Shown: positions 1-11,776, counted from the first letter of the stretch. The stretch: 64,000 nucleotides of DNA from an uncultured cyanobacterium (GCA_963766075.1 CAVYAN010000026.1:30117-94116), one strand, 5' to 3'. Numbers and translations: made by a program. The notes: generated by a model not told the origin, from the letters alone.

Positions 1-198
1 CTTTTCCCCACTGTGGAGTGAAGGGTTTTTGGCTGCGGGTGCACTCCTCGGGCTAGGGGTGCTTGTAGAACTTATCATCAGACGCTGACTCAGTAGTTTG
101 CGACAATTCACCCATTGGATCATCTATTTTTCACAACGCTCTTAAACAATAAAAAACTGTAAGAGCGCAAATGTTCTCTTACAGTTTAAGCAGTTTGT

Positions 199-314
199 TT
201 AAGGAGATTTCTATGAAAGAATCTACCGACCCAGATTGCTTTCTTCGGCTCCGCTCAGGGAGCAATTTTCCGCTCGGCTGAGCGGAGTCGAAGCCAGCGG
301 AGTCGAAGCAGCGG
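199..314. repeat. Dispersed palindromic (REP/MITE-like) element, copy 1, with CTGAGCGGAGTCGAAG cores
   Basis: Shares ATTTCTATG(A/C)AAGAATCTACCGACCCAGATTGCT and two hairpins with the reverse complement of 25533-25633. Confidence 0.75.
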
Positions 315-350
315 TTAACGAAACAATGGTCTCGTCCCATACAGCCACAA

Positions 351-2132
351 TTAGACCATGTTGTGCACATCACTCTCAATCGAGTCAATGCCATTGACAA
401 AGGGCAGGCTATCATCGACATTTTGGAGAATTGGGTTCACACTGGGGCGATCGAGCCGACTCTCATAGGCTCGGCTCGACAGGGGAGATGAGAATGATGA
501 CGTTTCTGCCCCACTCTCCCGGATCCCATTAACCGTGCTGCCGAGTAACACCAGGGGGTTGCCATTGTTAACGGACTGGCCCACGTCCGAAACATGGCTG
601 CGATTCTGTAAACTGTAATCCTGTAAGTGAAAGCGAACAACATTTTGAATATTAGCCACCCCCGGTGCTGATGTAGACAATGGGGCAGTTGCTGATGCCA
701 ACGAGGAATTGGGGCTGTTGCTGATAGATTCAATCGAGGGCCGCGAAGTGCTGGCATGACTCGCCATTTGCTGATCCAGGGTTTGGAATAAACCCTGCGG
801 GTTAGAGACTCCACAGCGCCCACAGCCACACTGAAAACTGCCATCAGCAGACAATGTGTTGAACAGGCCCCGCTCTTCAAACACTTGCGCGAGATTCTGT
901 TGGGTCACCGTTCCCGTGGAACTGGGCGGGGCCACCCGAGTCAGGTCATAGACTTTGCTATTTTGCATCATGGTGTAAATCGCCTGATACTGGCCTTTAA
1001 CCAGTTGCACCGGGGATGCATTGAGGTTGCTGCTGATCCAACTGGTGACGTTAAGACTCTGCAACGCTCGAGTTGCCAAAGATAGGTAAGCCTGGGTTTG
1101 CAGCGTAGACAAGTTGATGGTGGTGTTAATGCCCTTGGTGGCAACATCCCAACCAATCACATCGAACGCTTGCAAATCAATCCCAGAAATCGCTGAACGC
1201 GTGCCCGCTTTGAGAGTTGGGGCCATAATGCCTTCGGTACCGGCTTGCCAATGGCTGGCTTGAGAGCCATCTCCCTGTAATGCGAGGTTAGTCCCAGCAG
1301 AATAATTGGCGATCACCGTTCTTCCACCATCAATCGAGAAGAATTTCGACAACGTTGAGTCCCTCGTGCCGCCAATGGCTAAGTCAACCGCGCCATATCC
1401 GGCGGTTTCCTGGGAGTAGCGAAAGAAATCCATGGGATTCGCACTTTGGGCGCGTTGACTGAGATTGTTGTAGTAGGCGTTGTAGTTTGTCGTTATCAGG
1501 GAGGTGTTCAACCAACCCGGAGCGTCAACGCCACTGGTAAACCCTAAAATATGCCCAATTTCATGGATCGCCGTGCTGAGAAAGTCTAGGCTATTACTCG
1601 CGGCGGCACTTTTGCGGGTGTAGTCGTAGTTCCAGACAACGGAAGTTCCTGCAGCTGTCCGGGCGTTAGCCAGGTCACTGAATAGGATGTAGCCATCCAG
1701 AGCGGTAGTGCTAGTCGTTGTCGTACTATCGGGGTTCAGGCCGAGGGCTTTGGCATTGGCCCGGGTCAGATTCAATTGGGTGCTTTGATAGTTGAAGCCA
1801 TAGCCCACTTCATTATTGTCCATTGACCACGTACAAAACCAGGAATTGCCAGCGGTCGAGCTGCCCTTAAGATTCTGGATTGCGGTTTGGTCATCGGTGG
1901 ATTTAGCATCGGCTTTGAGGCGCGAGTAGAAGTCGGCGTAGCTGGCTTGAGCTTTGATTCCCGGCAGGGCTCCACCGATAACATTGCTGGCAAGACTGCT
2001 GGAAACCCCCACCTGGAGATTAATCGTCACGTTGTCGGTGAGGTAGGTCGCCCAAACGCGACCCGCGATCTCAAAACCGATCATTTGCTGCACGGTTGTG
2101 CCTGGATCGAATGTGAAGTTGAAAGTGGCCAT
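351..2132 (-). CDS. NF038122-like zinc metalloprotease, array copy 1 (last transcribed)
   Basis: 593-aa ORF; TAIHEIGHILGF zincin motif, QASHW, MAP Met-turn-like motif; paralogous to the three upstream ORFs. Confidence 0.85.
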   Translation of the reverse strand: MATFNFTFDPGTTVQQMIGFEIAGRVWATYLTDNVTINLQVGVSSSLASNVIGGALPGIKAQASYADFYSRLKADAKSTDDQTAIQNLKGSSTAGNSWFCTWSMDNNEVGYGFNYQSTQLNLTRANAKALGLNPDSTTTTSTTALDGYILFSDLANARTAAGTSVVWNYDYTRKSAAASNSLDFLSTAIHEIGHILGFTSGVDAPGWLNTSLITTNYNAYYNNLSQRAQSANPMDFFRYSQETAGYGAVDLAIGGTRDSTLSKFFSIDGGRTVIANYSAGTNLALQGDGSQASHWQAGTEGIMAPTLKAGTRSAISGIDLQAFDVIGWDVATKGINTTINLSTLQTQAYLSLATRALQSLNVTSWISSNLNASPVQLVKGQYQAIYTMMQNSKVYDLTRVAPPSSTGTVTQQNLAQVFEERGLFNTLSADGSFQCGCGRCGVSNPQGLFQTLDQQMASHASTSRPSIESISNSPNSSLASATAPLSTSAPGVANIQNVVRFHLQDYSLQNRSHVSDVGQSVNNGNPLVLLGSTVNGIRESGAETSSFSSPLSSRAYESRLDRPSVNPILQNVDDSLPFVNGIDSIESDVHNMV

Positions 2133-2167
2133 AATAGTTAAGAGAGAAATTTTAGGCAGGATGTGGA

Positions 2168-3829
2168 CTAGAACAGGGTGAGGCTGCTGAACAGCAGTTC
2201 ATCAGTGCCAGCAGGGAAATTACGGGATGGGGCGGCATCGGTCATTTCTGGAGAACACGTTGAGTAAGGCAGCCCACTGTCATAGGCGCGGAAGCTGACA
2301 GCAGACTCGTTCCCCAATTGAACTGCCGCATTCTGAGATTCCACCACCGTCTGAGCCAAGACTTCAATGGTGATCGGTTGCGGGCTGGTGCGAGGTGCAG
2401 GCAAGTCTACGGTGAGATTTGATTGATAGAACTGGGCGATTTTTGTAGTGGCAGCGATCGCACCTGCTGTATTCAACAGTTGGGGAGTGCTGGCAGCAGG
2501 ATTGGTGAAATGGCGATCGCTGGCGATGTCACCGGCTACGGTGATCGGGAGTAAGCTGGAACCGTCATCACTGAACCCATCTAGCTCATCAACCGTGGAG
2601 AACAAACTGCGCTGCTGAAACACCTGAGCAAAGGTTTGACGGGTGGTCGAAGGAGTCGAACTAGGGGGCGTGACACGGGTCATGTCATAGATCGAGCTGT
2701 TTTGCATCATGGTGTAGATCGCCTGGTCGTTATTGACCACCAGTTGCGTCGGCGAGGCGTTGTAGTTGCTGACAAGCCACAAGGGGTTGCTACTCTGTCC
2801 CGCACGCGCGGAAAGAGATTGCCCTGCCTGAAGTAGCAGTGTTGGGAGGCCAAGCGTGGTGTTGGCACCGGTGGAAGCAACATCCCAGCCGATCACATCT
2901 AGGGCGCGCAAATCGACGGACTCCATACTGCGCCGCTGCCCCAGCGTGAGTGTGGGGTTCATCATACCCGTCGTGCCGTTGTTCCAGTGGCTAGCTTGAT
3001 AGCCATCGCCGGTGGCGGTGGTGTCGAAGCCGGTGGCAAATTGGGCAATGGAGGTCTTGCCTCTGTCGAGTGAGAAGAATTTGGCTCCCCCGGCATTGCC
3101 ATAAGTCATATCACCCAGCAACCTGGTGCTTGATGTTGACGAGTAGCGAAATAGATCCAGGGGATTCGTGTATGCAGTCCGATTCATAGACCCCAGCAGG
3201 TAGTTGGTGTCCATGAGGGTTGACATCGCCAACCAGCCGGGCTGGTCAACCCCGCTGACAAAACCTAAAACATGGCCAATTTCATGAATCGCTGTACTGA
3301 GAAAGTCTAGGGTATTGCTGGCTTGAGCGCCGATGCGGGCGTAGTCGTAGCTCCAGCTGATGGGCTGGTTGTTGACAGTGGCGGTGGACAGATCGCTAAA
3401 TAAAATGTAGCCATCTAGGGCGGTGCTGCCATCGCTGAAGCTGAGGCCCGCCGCTTTGGCCACGGCACGGGTCATGTTGAGAATTAGGCTGGATACCGAG
3501 AGTACGCCGGTGCCACCGACTGGGTCCTGATACTGATACCCAACACTATAGGTTGTGCTTGTGGATAGCGTACTGACGGCGGCGTTGTCGTCTGCCGATT
3601 TGCGATCCGCAGACAGAGCAGCGCGGTAATCGCTATAGCTTTGATTGGCACGCATTCCAGGGAGGGCACCCCCAATCACGTTACTGCCGAGGGTACTGGA
3701 AACTCCGACCTGCAGGTTGATGGTGACGTTATCCGTGAGGTATTTGGCCCAGACACGACCCGCGGTCTCAAAGCCGAGCATTTGTTGCACCGTGGTGCCG
3801 GGGTCAAAGGTGAAGTTAAAGGTTGCCAT
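2168..3829 (-). CDS. NF038122-like zinc metalloprotease, array copy 2
   Basis: 553-aa ORF; MATFNFTFDPGT start, HEIGHVLGF, QASHW. Confidence 0.85.
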   Translation of the reverse strand: MATFNFTFDPGTTVQQMLGFETAGRVWAKYLTDNVTINLQVGVSSTLGSNVIGGALPGMRANQSYSDYRAALSADRKSADDNAAVSTLSTSTTYSVGYQYQDPVGGTGVLSVSSLILNMTRAVAKAAGLSFSDGSTALDGYILFSDLSTATVNNQPISWSYDYARIGAQASNTLDFLSTAIHEIGHVLGFVSGVDQPGWLAMSTLMDTNYLLGSMNRTAYTNPLDLFRYSSTSSTRLLGDMTYGNAGGAKFFSLDRGKTSIAQFATGFDTTATGDGYQASHWNNGTTGMMNPTLTLGQRRSMESVDLRALDVIGWDVASTGANTTLGLPTLLLQAGQSLSARAGQSSNPLWLVSNYNASPTQLVVNNDQAIYTMMQNSSIYDMTRVTPPSSTPSTTRQTFAQVFQQRSLFSTVDELDGFSDDGSSLLPITVAGDIASDRHFTNPAASTPQLLNTAGAIAATTKIAQFYQSNLTVDLPAPRTSPQPITIEVLAQTVVESQNAAVQLGNESAVSFRAYDSGLPYSTCSPEMTDAAPSRNFPAGTDELLFSSLTLF

Positions 3830-3867
3830 GATGATGTAGAAAGAGTAGGGAGTAAAGAGTATTTGGA

Positions 3868-5567
3868 CTAGATTGCGGTGAGGCTGGCGATTGACAGGTC
3901 ATCCAAGGCAACGGGGAAATCACTGGGCTTGCGAGTGGCAGTTGGGGCGGAGAAGCGGGTGGGACGAGGCAGTCCGCTATCGTAGGCGCGGGTGATGAAG
4001 GCGCGATCGCCCTTCGATTGAATGCCGGCATTCTGGGGTTCCACCACTGTCCGCGCTGAAACGTCGATGGTGATTTCTGGTAGGATGGTGTGGGGCGCGG
4101 ATGAGTCTACGGTGAGATTTGTTTGGTAGAAGCGGGTGATTTTTGTATGTCTGAGATTGTGCCTGCCGTATTCAACAAGTTGGGAGTACTGGAGACAGAA
4201 GCAGTGAATGTGCTATCTCCAAGGATTTCACCGCTACGGAGATCGAAGGCTGGGCCGATTTCCTGAGTCGATAGGTCTGAAGCATCAAACGTATCAAACA
4301 AACCCCGCTCCTGAAACGCCTGTGCCAAGACCTGTCGGCTCACCCATCCCGTTGAGCTTGGTGCCGCAATCCGAGTCAGGTCATACACACCGCTGTTCTG
4401 CATCATGGTGTAGATTTCCTGATCTCGATTCTTTGATAGACTGGTTGCCGCCGTGGTGGCATTGGTATTGAGCCAAGAGACTGTCTTTCCTAGGCGAGTA
4501 GCCAGTGCTTGCTGGGACTGCGTTGCCAGGGCTGTGTAGTTGACGGATAGGGAACTGTTGGAATTGACATCCCAACCCAACACATCAAATATCCGCAGAT
4601 CGGTTTGAGTGATGGATTTCTGTTGTTGCACACTCAGAGTGGGACTCATGATGCTGTTTGTTCCAGCCTGCGTGTGACTGGCTTGATAGCCATCGCCCCA
4701 CTGCCACCCGTCACTCATGACACTGGTCTGTGCTCCTGTGGCGAGTTCAGCCAAGGAGGTTCGTCTGCCATCAATCGAAAAATCGGCTACATCACCATAG
4801 GTAAAATTGGGCAGTCTGTCCGTTGAATCAGTCCACCACATATTGTGACGATAGAAATCCATCGGCGTGGTGTAGCGGAGGCGAGATTCGTTGATTTGCC
4901 GAGCTGTTTGATTGGAAAGATTCGAGCCATAGATAGTAGAGATGTCAAAGGGCTGATCCTGGCCACTGATGAAGCCCAACACATGACCAATTTCATGGAT
5001 TGCCGTACTCAAGAAATCCAGCGTATTACTGGGAGGTGTGCTGCCAGTACGGGCATAGTCATAGTTCCATCGCACCGAAGAACCGGCCAGATCACCGAAC
5101 AGAATCACGCCATCTAAGGCGCTACTAGCTCCGGTAGTCGTAATTCCTAGGGCTTTGGCATTAGCCCTGGACAAATTCAGGGTCTGACTGGTGAGCTGAT
5201 CCCAGTAAACTGTCTTCCCAGACCCATTGTCATTTGCTGATTGGACCCAGCTTTTAAAGAAGGGCGATCGCCCAGTGGCTTGGTATTCGGCGGGGTTCCA
5301 GTAGAGGTTGCTGTAGGCCGTGTTGTCATCTGCGGATTTGCGATCTGCGGCGAAGCGATCGCGATAGGTTTGGTACTGCACATTGGCTTGAATTCCTGGC
5401 AAGGCACCGCCAATGACATTAGTACCTAAGCTGCTGGAAACCCCAGCATGGATATTAATGGTGGTGTTATCGGTGAGATAGGAAGCCCAAACTCGGCCAG
5501 CGATTTCAAAACCAACCATTTGCTGGAGCGTAGTACCAGGATCAAAGGTGAAATTAAAGGTTGCCAT
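3868..5567 (-). CDS. NF038122-like zinc metalloprotease, array copy 3, with an apparent 1-nt deletion near 4147
   Basis: ORF 4107..5567 has HEIGHVLGF; after about 4147 another frame reads KITRFYQTNLTVD...DDLSIASLTAI* (stop 3868-3870), matching the tails of copies 2 and 4. Confidence 0.8.
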
Positions 5568-5605
5568 GATGATGTAGAAAGAGTACGGAGTAAAGCGTAT
5601 TTGGA

Positions 5606-7283
5606 TTAGATTGCGGTGAGGCTGGCTAACAATAGGTCGTCGTTGGCAACTGAGAACTCACTGAATTCGGCGGTGATAGATGGGGATGTAAGCGAGGTGA
5701 GGTAAGGCAACTCACTGCTATAGGCACGCGGACTGGAAGCGAGGTTGCCTCCCAGTTGAACTTGTACAGTCGGGGATTCCACCATTGCTTTGGCTGCAAA
5801 TTCAACGGTGATTGTTTTTAAATGGGTAGAGGGCGTAGAGATGTCTGCGGTGAGGTTTTCTTGATAGATTTGGGTGATTCTTGTAGTGGCAGCGATCGCG
5901 CCTGCCGTATTCAAGAGTTGGGGAGTGCTGGCAGCAGGATTGGTGAATTGGCGATCGCTAACGATTTCGCCAGAGACGGCGATCGGGAGTAGTTCTGCAC
6001 TGTCCTCATTGCTAAACCCATCTAACTCATCCACCGTGGAAAACAACCCGCGCTCCTGAAACGCCTGCGCGAAGGATTGGCGGGTAGTCGAATCTGTCGA
6101 ACTGGGTGCAGCGATGCGAGTCAGGTCATAGATCAAGCTGTTTTGCAGCATGGTGTAAATTGCTTGGTCGCGGTTGGCCACCAGTTGAATCGGCGATGCG
6201 GTGAGGTTACTGGCAAGCCACAGGGGGTTGGCGCTTTGGCCAGCGCGGCTGGCCAGGGATTGCCCCGCCTGAAGGGCCAGCGCCGGTAAGTCAATCGGGG
6301 TGCTGGTGCCTGTAGAAGCTACATCCCAGCCGATCACATCCAAAGCCCGCAAATCGATGGATGCTACAGTGCGCCGCTGCCCCAGGGTGAGCGTGGGATT
6401 CATCATGGCAGTAATGCCGTTTTTCCAGTGACTGGCTTGATAGCCGTCGCCCGTCGCCGTGGTATCTAAGCCCGTGGCAAATTGGGCAATAGCGGTCTTT
6501 CCTTGGTCTAGGGAGAAGAATTTGGCTCCTCCAGCATCGCCATAGGTCATGTCATTCAGCGGTAGCAGCGATAGCATTGATGCGCTGCTTTTTGACGAAT
6601 AGCGAAATAAATCCAGGGGATTGGTGTACTGAGTCCGATTGAGCATCCCCAGCGTGTAGCTTAGATCCAGGGAGCTTGACATGGCTAACCATCCGGGCTG
6701 GTCAACCCCACTTACAAACCCCAGTACATGGCCAATTTCGTGAATAGCCGTGCTCAGAAAATCCAGCGTGTTGCTGGCTTGGGTAAAGCTGCGGGTGTAG
6801 TCGTAGCTCCAGCGGACGGGCTGATTATTGGCCGTGGTGTTGGCCAGATCGCTAAATAAAATGTAGCCATCCAGGGCCGTACTGCCATCACTCAGGCTGA
6901 GGCCCGCTGCTTTGGCCACAGCACGGGTCATATTGAGGCTCGAGGCCGCCATACTCGAGACAGTGGTGCCACCCAACAGGGTTTGAGATTGAACTCCGAC
7001 GTTGTAGGTTACTAGGTCTAGTGTTTTAACGGCGGCGGTATCGTCTGCAGATTTGCAGATCGGCAGACAGTGCTGTGCGGTAATCGAAATAGTTTTGAGA
7101 AGCCCGCATCCCAGGGAGGGCACCGCCAATAACCTTATTGCTCAGGCCACTGGACACTCCGACTTGGAGATTGACGGTGACGTTATCCGTTAGATATTTG
7201 GCCCAGACGCGACCAGCGATTTCAAAGCCTAGCATTTGCAACACAGTGGTGCCGGGATCAAAGGTGAAGTTGAAGGTTGCCAT
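5606..7283 (-). CDS. NF038122-like zinc metalloprotease, array copy 4 (first transcribed), with an apparent 1-nt insertion near 7055
   Basis: N-terminus in ORF 7026..7283 (MATFNFTFDPGT...) and remainder in ORF 5606..7129; removing one base from GATCTGCAAA restores the conserved DRKSADD. Confidence 0.8.
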
Positions 7284-7637
7284 GGTGGTGGAGAGTGCGT
7301 TAAGAGGGTTACGTTTTAACCGAGCATCTAAAGTATTAAATATTACTTATTTAGAATCGAGAGAATATTAGGAGCCTACTAAAATCTTGGCATTATTATG
7401 GTCTACTGAAAATCTTAGCACCGCTGAATTCAGCTTAGAAAAGGCTTTTTCAGGAATTCATCTAGAATCTATGAGTTGAAGTTATGATGAACCAACTCTT
7501 TGAATACTGAGTCTTAATACAATTAAAAATATAAAAACTATGCGTATATACACTGAATAATTTTGTCGGAATTGAAGGAATTTCGGGATTTTACGATCGC
7601 GCTTCCTGGTGCCATGACTTCTGGCTGGCTGGCCACC

Positions 7638-7653
7638 GTTCGGGAACCCGTAC
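7638..7653 (+). promoter_or_regulatory. K-box upstream of groESL
   Basis: GTTCGG-GAAC-CCGTAC matches the cyanobacterial K-box consensus GTTCGG-NNAN-CCNNAC. Confidence 0.8.
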
Positions 7654-7664
7654 CCTGGGGAAAG

Positions 7665-7694
7665 TTGCATTGGGACTGAAGAGTTCGGTAGATT
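7665..7694 (+). promoter_or_regulatory. Sigma70-type promoter of groESL (-35 TTGCAT, -10 TAGATT)
   Basis: 18-nt spacing; -10 overlaps the CIRCE left arm. Confidence 0.6.
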
Positions 7695-7719
7695 AGCACT
7701 CGGAGGGTGAGAGTGCTAA
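7693..7719 (+). promoter_or_regulatory. CIRCE element (HrcA operator)
   Basis: Perfect TTAGCACTC-N9-GAGTGCTAA. Confidence 0.97.
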
Positions 7720-7841
7720 GTCACTCAATCGTCCTGAATCCTCCGGTAAAGTTTCTGGAAGTGGCTCTGTAATTTCGGCAGGGTCCTCTCTGGAAGCGGT
7801 TCTGAGAAGTTTTGACCTGCTAGTTTGGAGAATTGATTGAT

Positions 7842-8153
7842 ATGGCAGCCGTAACACTGAGTGTTTCTAATGTGAGTCCGTTGGGCGATCGCGTGTTTAT
7901 CAAAGTCAGCGTCGCCGAAGAAAAAACCGCTGGTGGCATTCTGTTGCCCGACGGTGCTAAGGAAAAGCCCCAAATCGGCGAAATCGTGGCTGCTGGGCCC
8001 GGTAAGCGCAATGACGACGGCACCCGCCAAACCGTTGATGTAAAAATCGGCGACAAAGTGCTGTATTCCAAGTACGCCGGTACCGACATCAAGCTCGGCA
8101 TGGAAGAGTATGTGCTGCTGTCTGAAAAAGACATCTTGGCAGTAGTTTCCTAG
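7842..8153 (+). CDS. groES: Co-chaperonin GroES
   Basis: [24 protein letters not shown] motifs. Confidence 0.98.
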   Translation: MAAVTLSVSNVSPLGDRVFIKVSVAEEKTAGGILLPDGAKEKPQIGEIVAAGPGKRNDDGTRQTVDVKIGDKVLYSKYAGTDIKLGMEEYVLLSEKDILAVVS

Positions 8154-8212
8154 GTTAGGCCCCAGGAGATTCGCGATTGGCTTGATTTATATCGATCTAT
8201 TTGTGGATCTAG

Positions 8213-9901
<1,689 letters not shown>

Positions 9902-9931
9902 CGTCGATCTCTTTGATCTCTTCGAGTTCTA

Positions 9932-9959
9932 TAGAGGTGTTCCGGCGGAACGCCTCTAC
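9932..9959. repeat. REP-like palindrome
   Basis: TAGAGGTGTTCCGGCGGAACGCCTCTAC hairpin, similar to cyanobacterial GTAGAGACG-type REPs. Confidence 0.55.
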
Positions 9960-9990
9960 GGGAGTCTTGAGCCGATGGAGTTACTTGATG

Positions 9991-10029
9991 GCGATCGCAC
10001 TTCCTTTGGGAAGGGGCGATCGCTTTTTT
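9991..10029 (+). terminator. Rho-independent terminator of groESL
   Basis: GCGATCGCACTTCC-TTTG-GGAAGGGGCGATCGC followed by a T tract; both arms contain HIP1. Confidence 0.75.
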
Positions 10030-10039
10030 AGGGCCAATT

Positions 10040-11776
10040 TCAGCCCTGCCGCCGCACCTGCTCTCGCATAAATCGGGAGGGCAAGGTCTGCCACAGCAGC
10101 TCTAACTGGCTCCCCGGCATCGTTAGGTACAGCACATCCCCCTCACTCAATTGCAGGTGGAGAAGATCCCACCCGTGGACACGCAGTCCGGCGTGGGTTT
10201 CGGCATAGAGCGGCACAAAGTCCGATCGCACCGCTGCATCCTGAACGCGATCGCCGCAAAAGGGGTGTCCCGGCGTAATCAACGTCGCCAGTGCGACCCA
10301 TAAACTGCTGCCCGCCATGCCATTGCCCAAAATCCGTCCACCCAGCGCCGCCGCTGCAAACGCGGGGGCCACCAACTCCGCCGGACTCAGCACCGCATCA
10401 AACTCAAATACCTGTTGGGCCATCTGGGCAAAGTGGGAATCTTGATAGCGGACCACTACCCCGACCTTGGGATTTAGACTTTTGGCATTCAGGGCAATTT
10501 CTAAATTTGCCGTATCGTTACTGGTCACTGCCAGCAAGGCTTGGGCGTCGAGAAAGTTGGCGGCTTGCAGTGTCGCGGGCAACCGAGCATCGCCCCGAAT
10601 CACGGGAACTTTGAGCGATCGCGCCGTACTTAAAAATCGACAGTCTGGATCCTGTTCGATCACGACCACCTCATGGCCATAGCTGACCAAATGCTGGACA
10701 ATTTGGATGCCCACCCCACCCATGCCACAGATAATGAAATGCCGTCGTTGCGGAATCCAAGTGGCCTCCTGCACATGGTCAAACCGGGTTCCCAGCACAA
10801 AGTCATTCAGCAACGCATAGGACAACCCAATAATTGCGGCCCCCACCAACATAATCGTCACGGTGAAGAACTTGAGGCTGTTGGGCGCTTGGTTCAGCCC
10901 AATGTCATTGCCTCCGGCTCCGGTAATAATTCCCACGGAAAAGTACAGGGCATCCACCCACGAGGTTTGTAAGACCGATGACATATAAGTCAGGGTGCTG
11001 CCCAGGATCATCACCAATAAAAACACTGTGGCCAGCAATAGCAATCGACTATGCTGACGCAAATACTTCAAGCCAACAGCCCAACGGGTTAGCCATCGGG
11101 TCAGGGATTTTTGTTGGGTTTTAATATTCGGTTTTGTCCCAATGATCAGGCGATCGCCCACCTGCAAGCGCTCGCCCCGCAGCAGCGCTGTAATCAAGTC
11201 CACCTGCTGATCAAGGGGCAAATAGTAAATCAGCATGCGGTTGCGATCCGCCCACAAATCGCTCAGGGGTAACCCTCGCCACGGATGTACCTCGTCAATC
11301 ATCACCTCATGGATTGGCCACGTTTGATCAAAGAGGCGCAGTTGCCCAATCGCCTCATCGCCTAGAGCGGCAAAGGCGAAAATGGGCGCGGACAGTGCCG
11401 CCACACTCATGGAAATATGGTCGGGCAACGTATGGTCTAGGCGATCGCCTAGACTTTGGTTAAACAACCGATTGACAATCCGAATCTGGGGGTTCAGGAC
11501 CCGGGCCTGCATCAATACAGCCAGGTTTGATCCATCTTCAGAATTCGTGAGCACCAGGGTTTGGGCCGCACAAATGCCCGCCGCCAGGAGAGTATCAGCA
11601 GATTTGGCATCGCCGACGATCACTTCGGCGATCGCCCCTGGAATCGGGGTGTGATGAATTCCCACGACGTTTACACCTTGCTGCCGCAGGAGACACAGGA
11701 TTTTATATCCGGCCCGACCCAAGCCACAGACGATGATTTGTGGGTTCATAGCACGATGGAATGAAGAGTCTTCCAT
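10040..11776 (-). CDS. TrkA/RCK-domain potassium channel protein
   Basis: Two NAD-binding RCK domains (IIVCGLGRAG, IICGMGGVG) flanking a 2TM pore region (DALYFSV). Confidence 0.88.
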   Translation of the reverse strand: MEDSSFHRAMNPQIIVCGLGRAGYKILCLLRQQGVNVVGIHHTPIPGAIAEVIVGDAKSADTLLAAGICAAQTLVLTNSEDGSNLAVLMQARVLNPQIRIVNRLFNQSLGDRLDHTLPDHISMSVAALSAPIFAFAALGDEAIGQLRLFDQTWPIHEVMIDEVHPWRGLPLSDLWADRNRMLIYYLPLDQQVDLITALLRGERLQVGDRLIIGTKPNIKTQQKSLTRWLTRWAVGLKYLRQHSRLLLLATVFLLVMILGSTLTYMSSVLQTSWVDALYFSVGIITGAGGNDIGLNQAPNSLKFFTVTIMLVGAAIIGLSYALLNDFVLGTRFDHVQEATWIPQRRHFIICGMGGVGIQIVQHLVSYGHEVVVIEQDPDCRFLSTARSLKVPVIRGDARLPATLQAANFLDAQALLAVTSNDTANLEIALNAKSLNPKVGVVVRYQDSHFAQMAQQVFEFDAVLSPAELVAPAFAAAALGGRILGNGMAGSSLWVALATLITPGHPFCGDRVQDAAVRSDFVPLYAETHAGLRVHGWDLLHLQLSEGDVLYLTMPGSQLELLWQTLPSRFMREQVRRQG

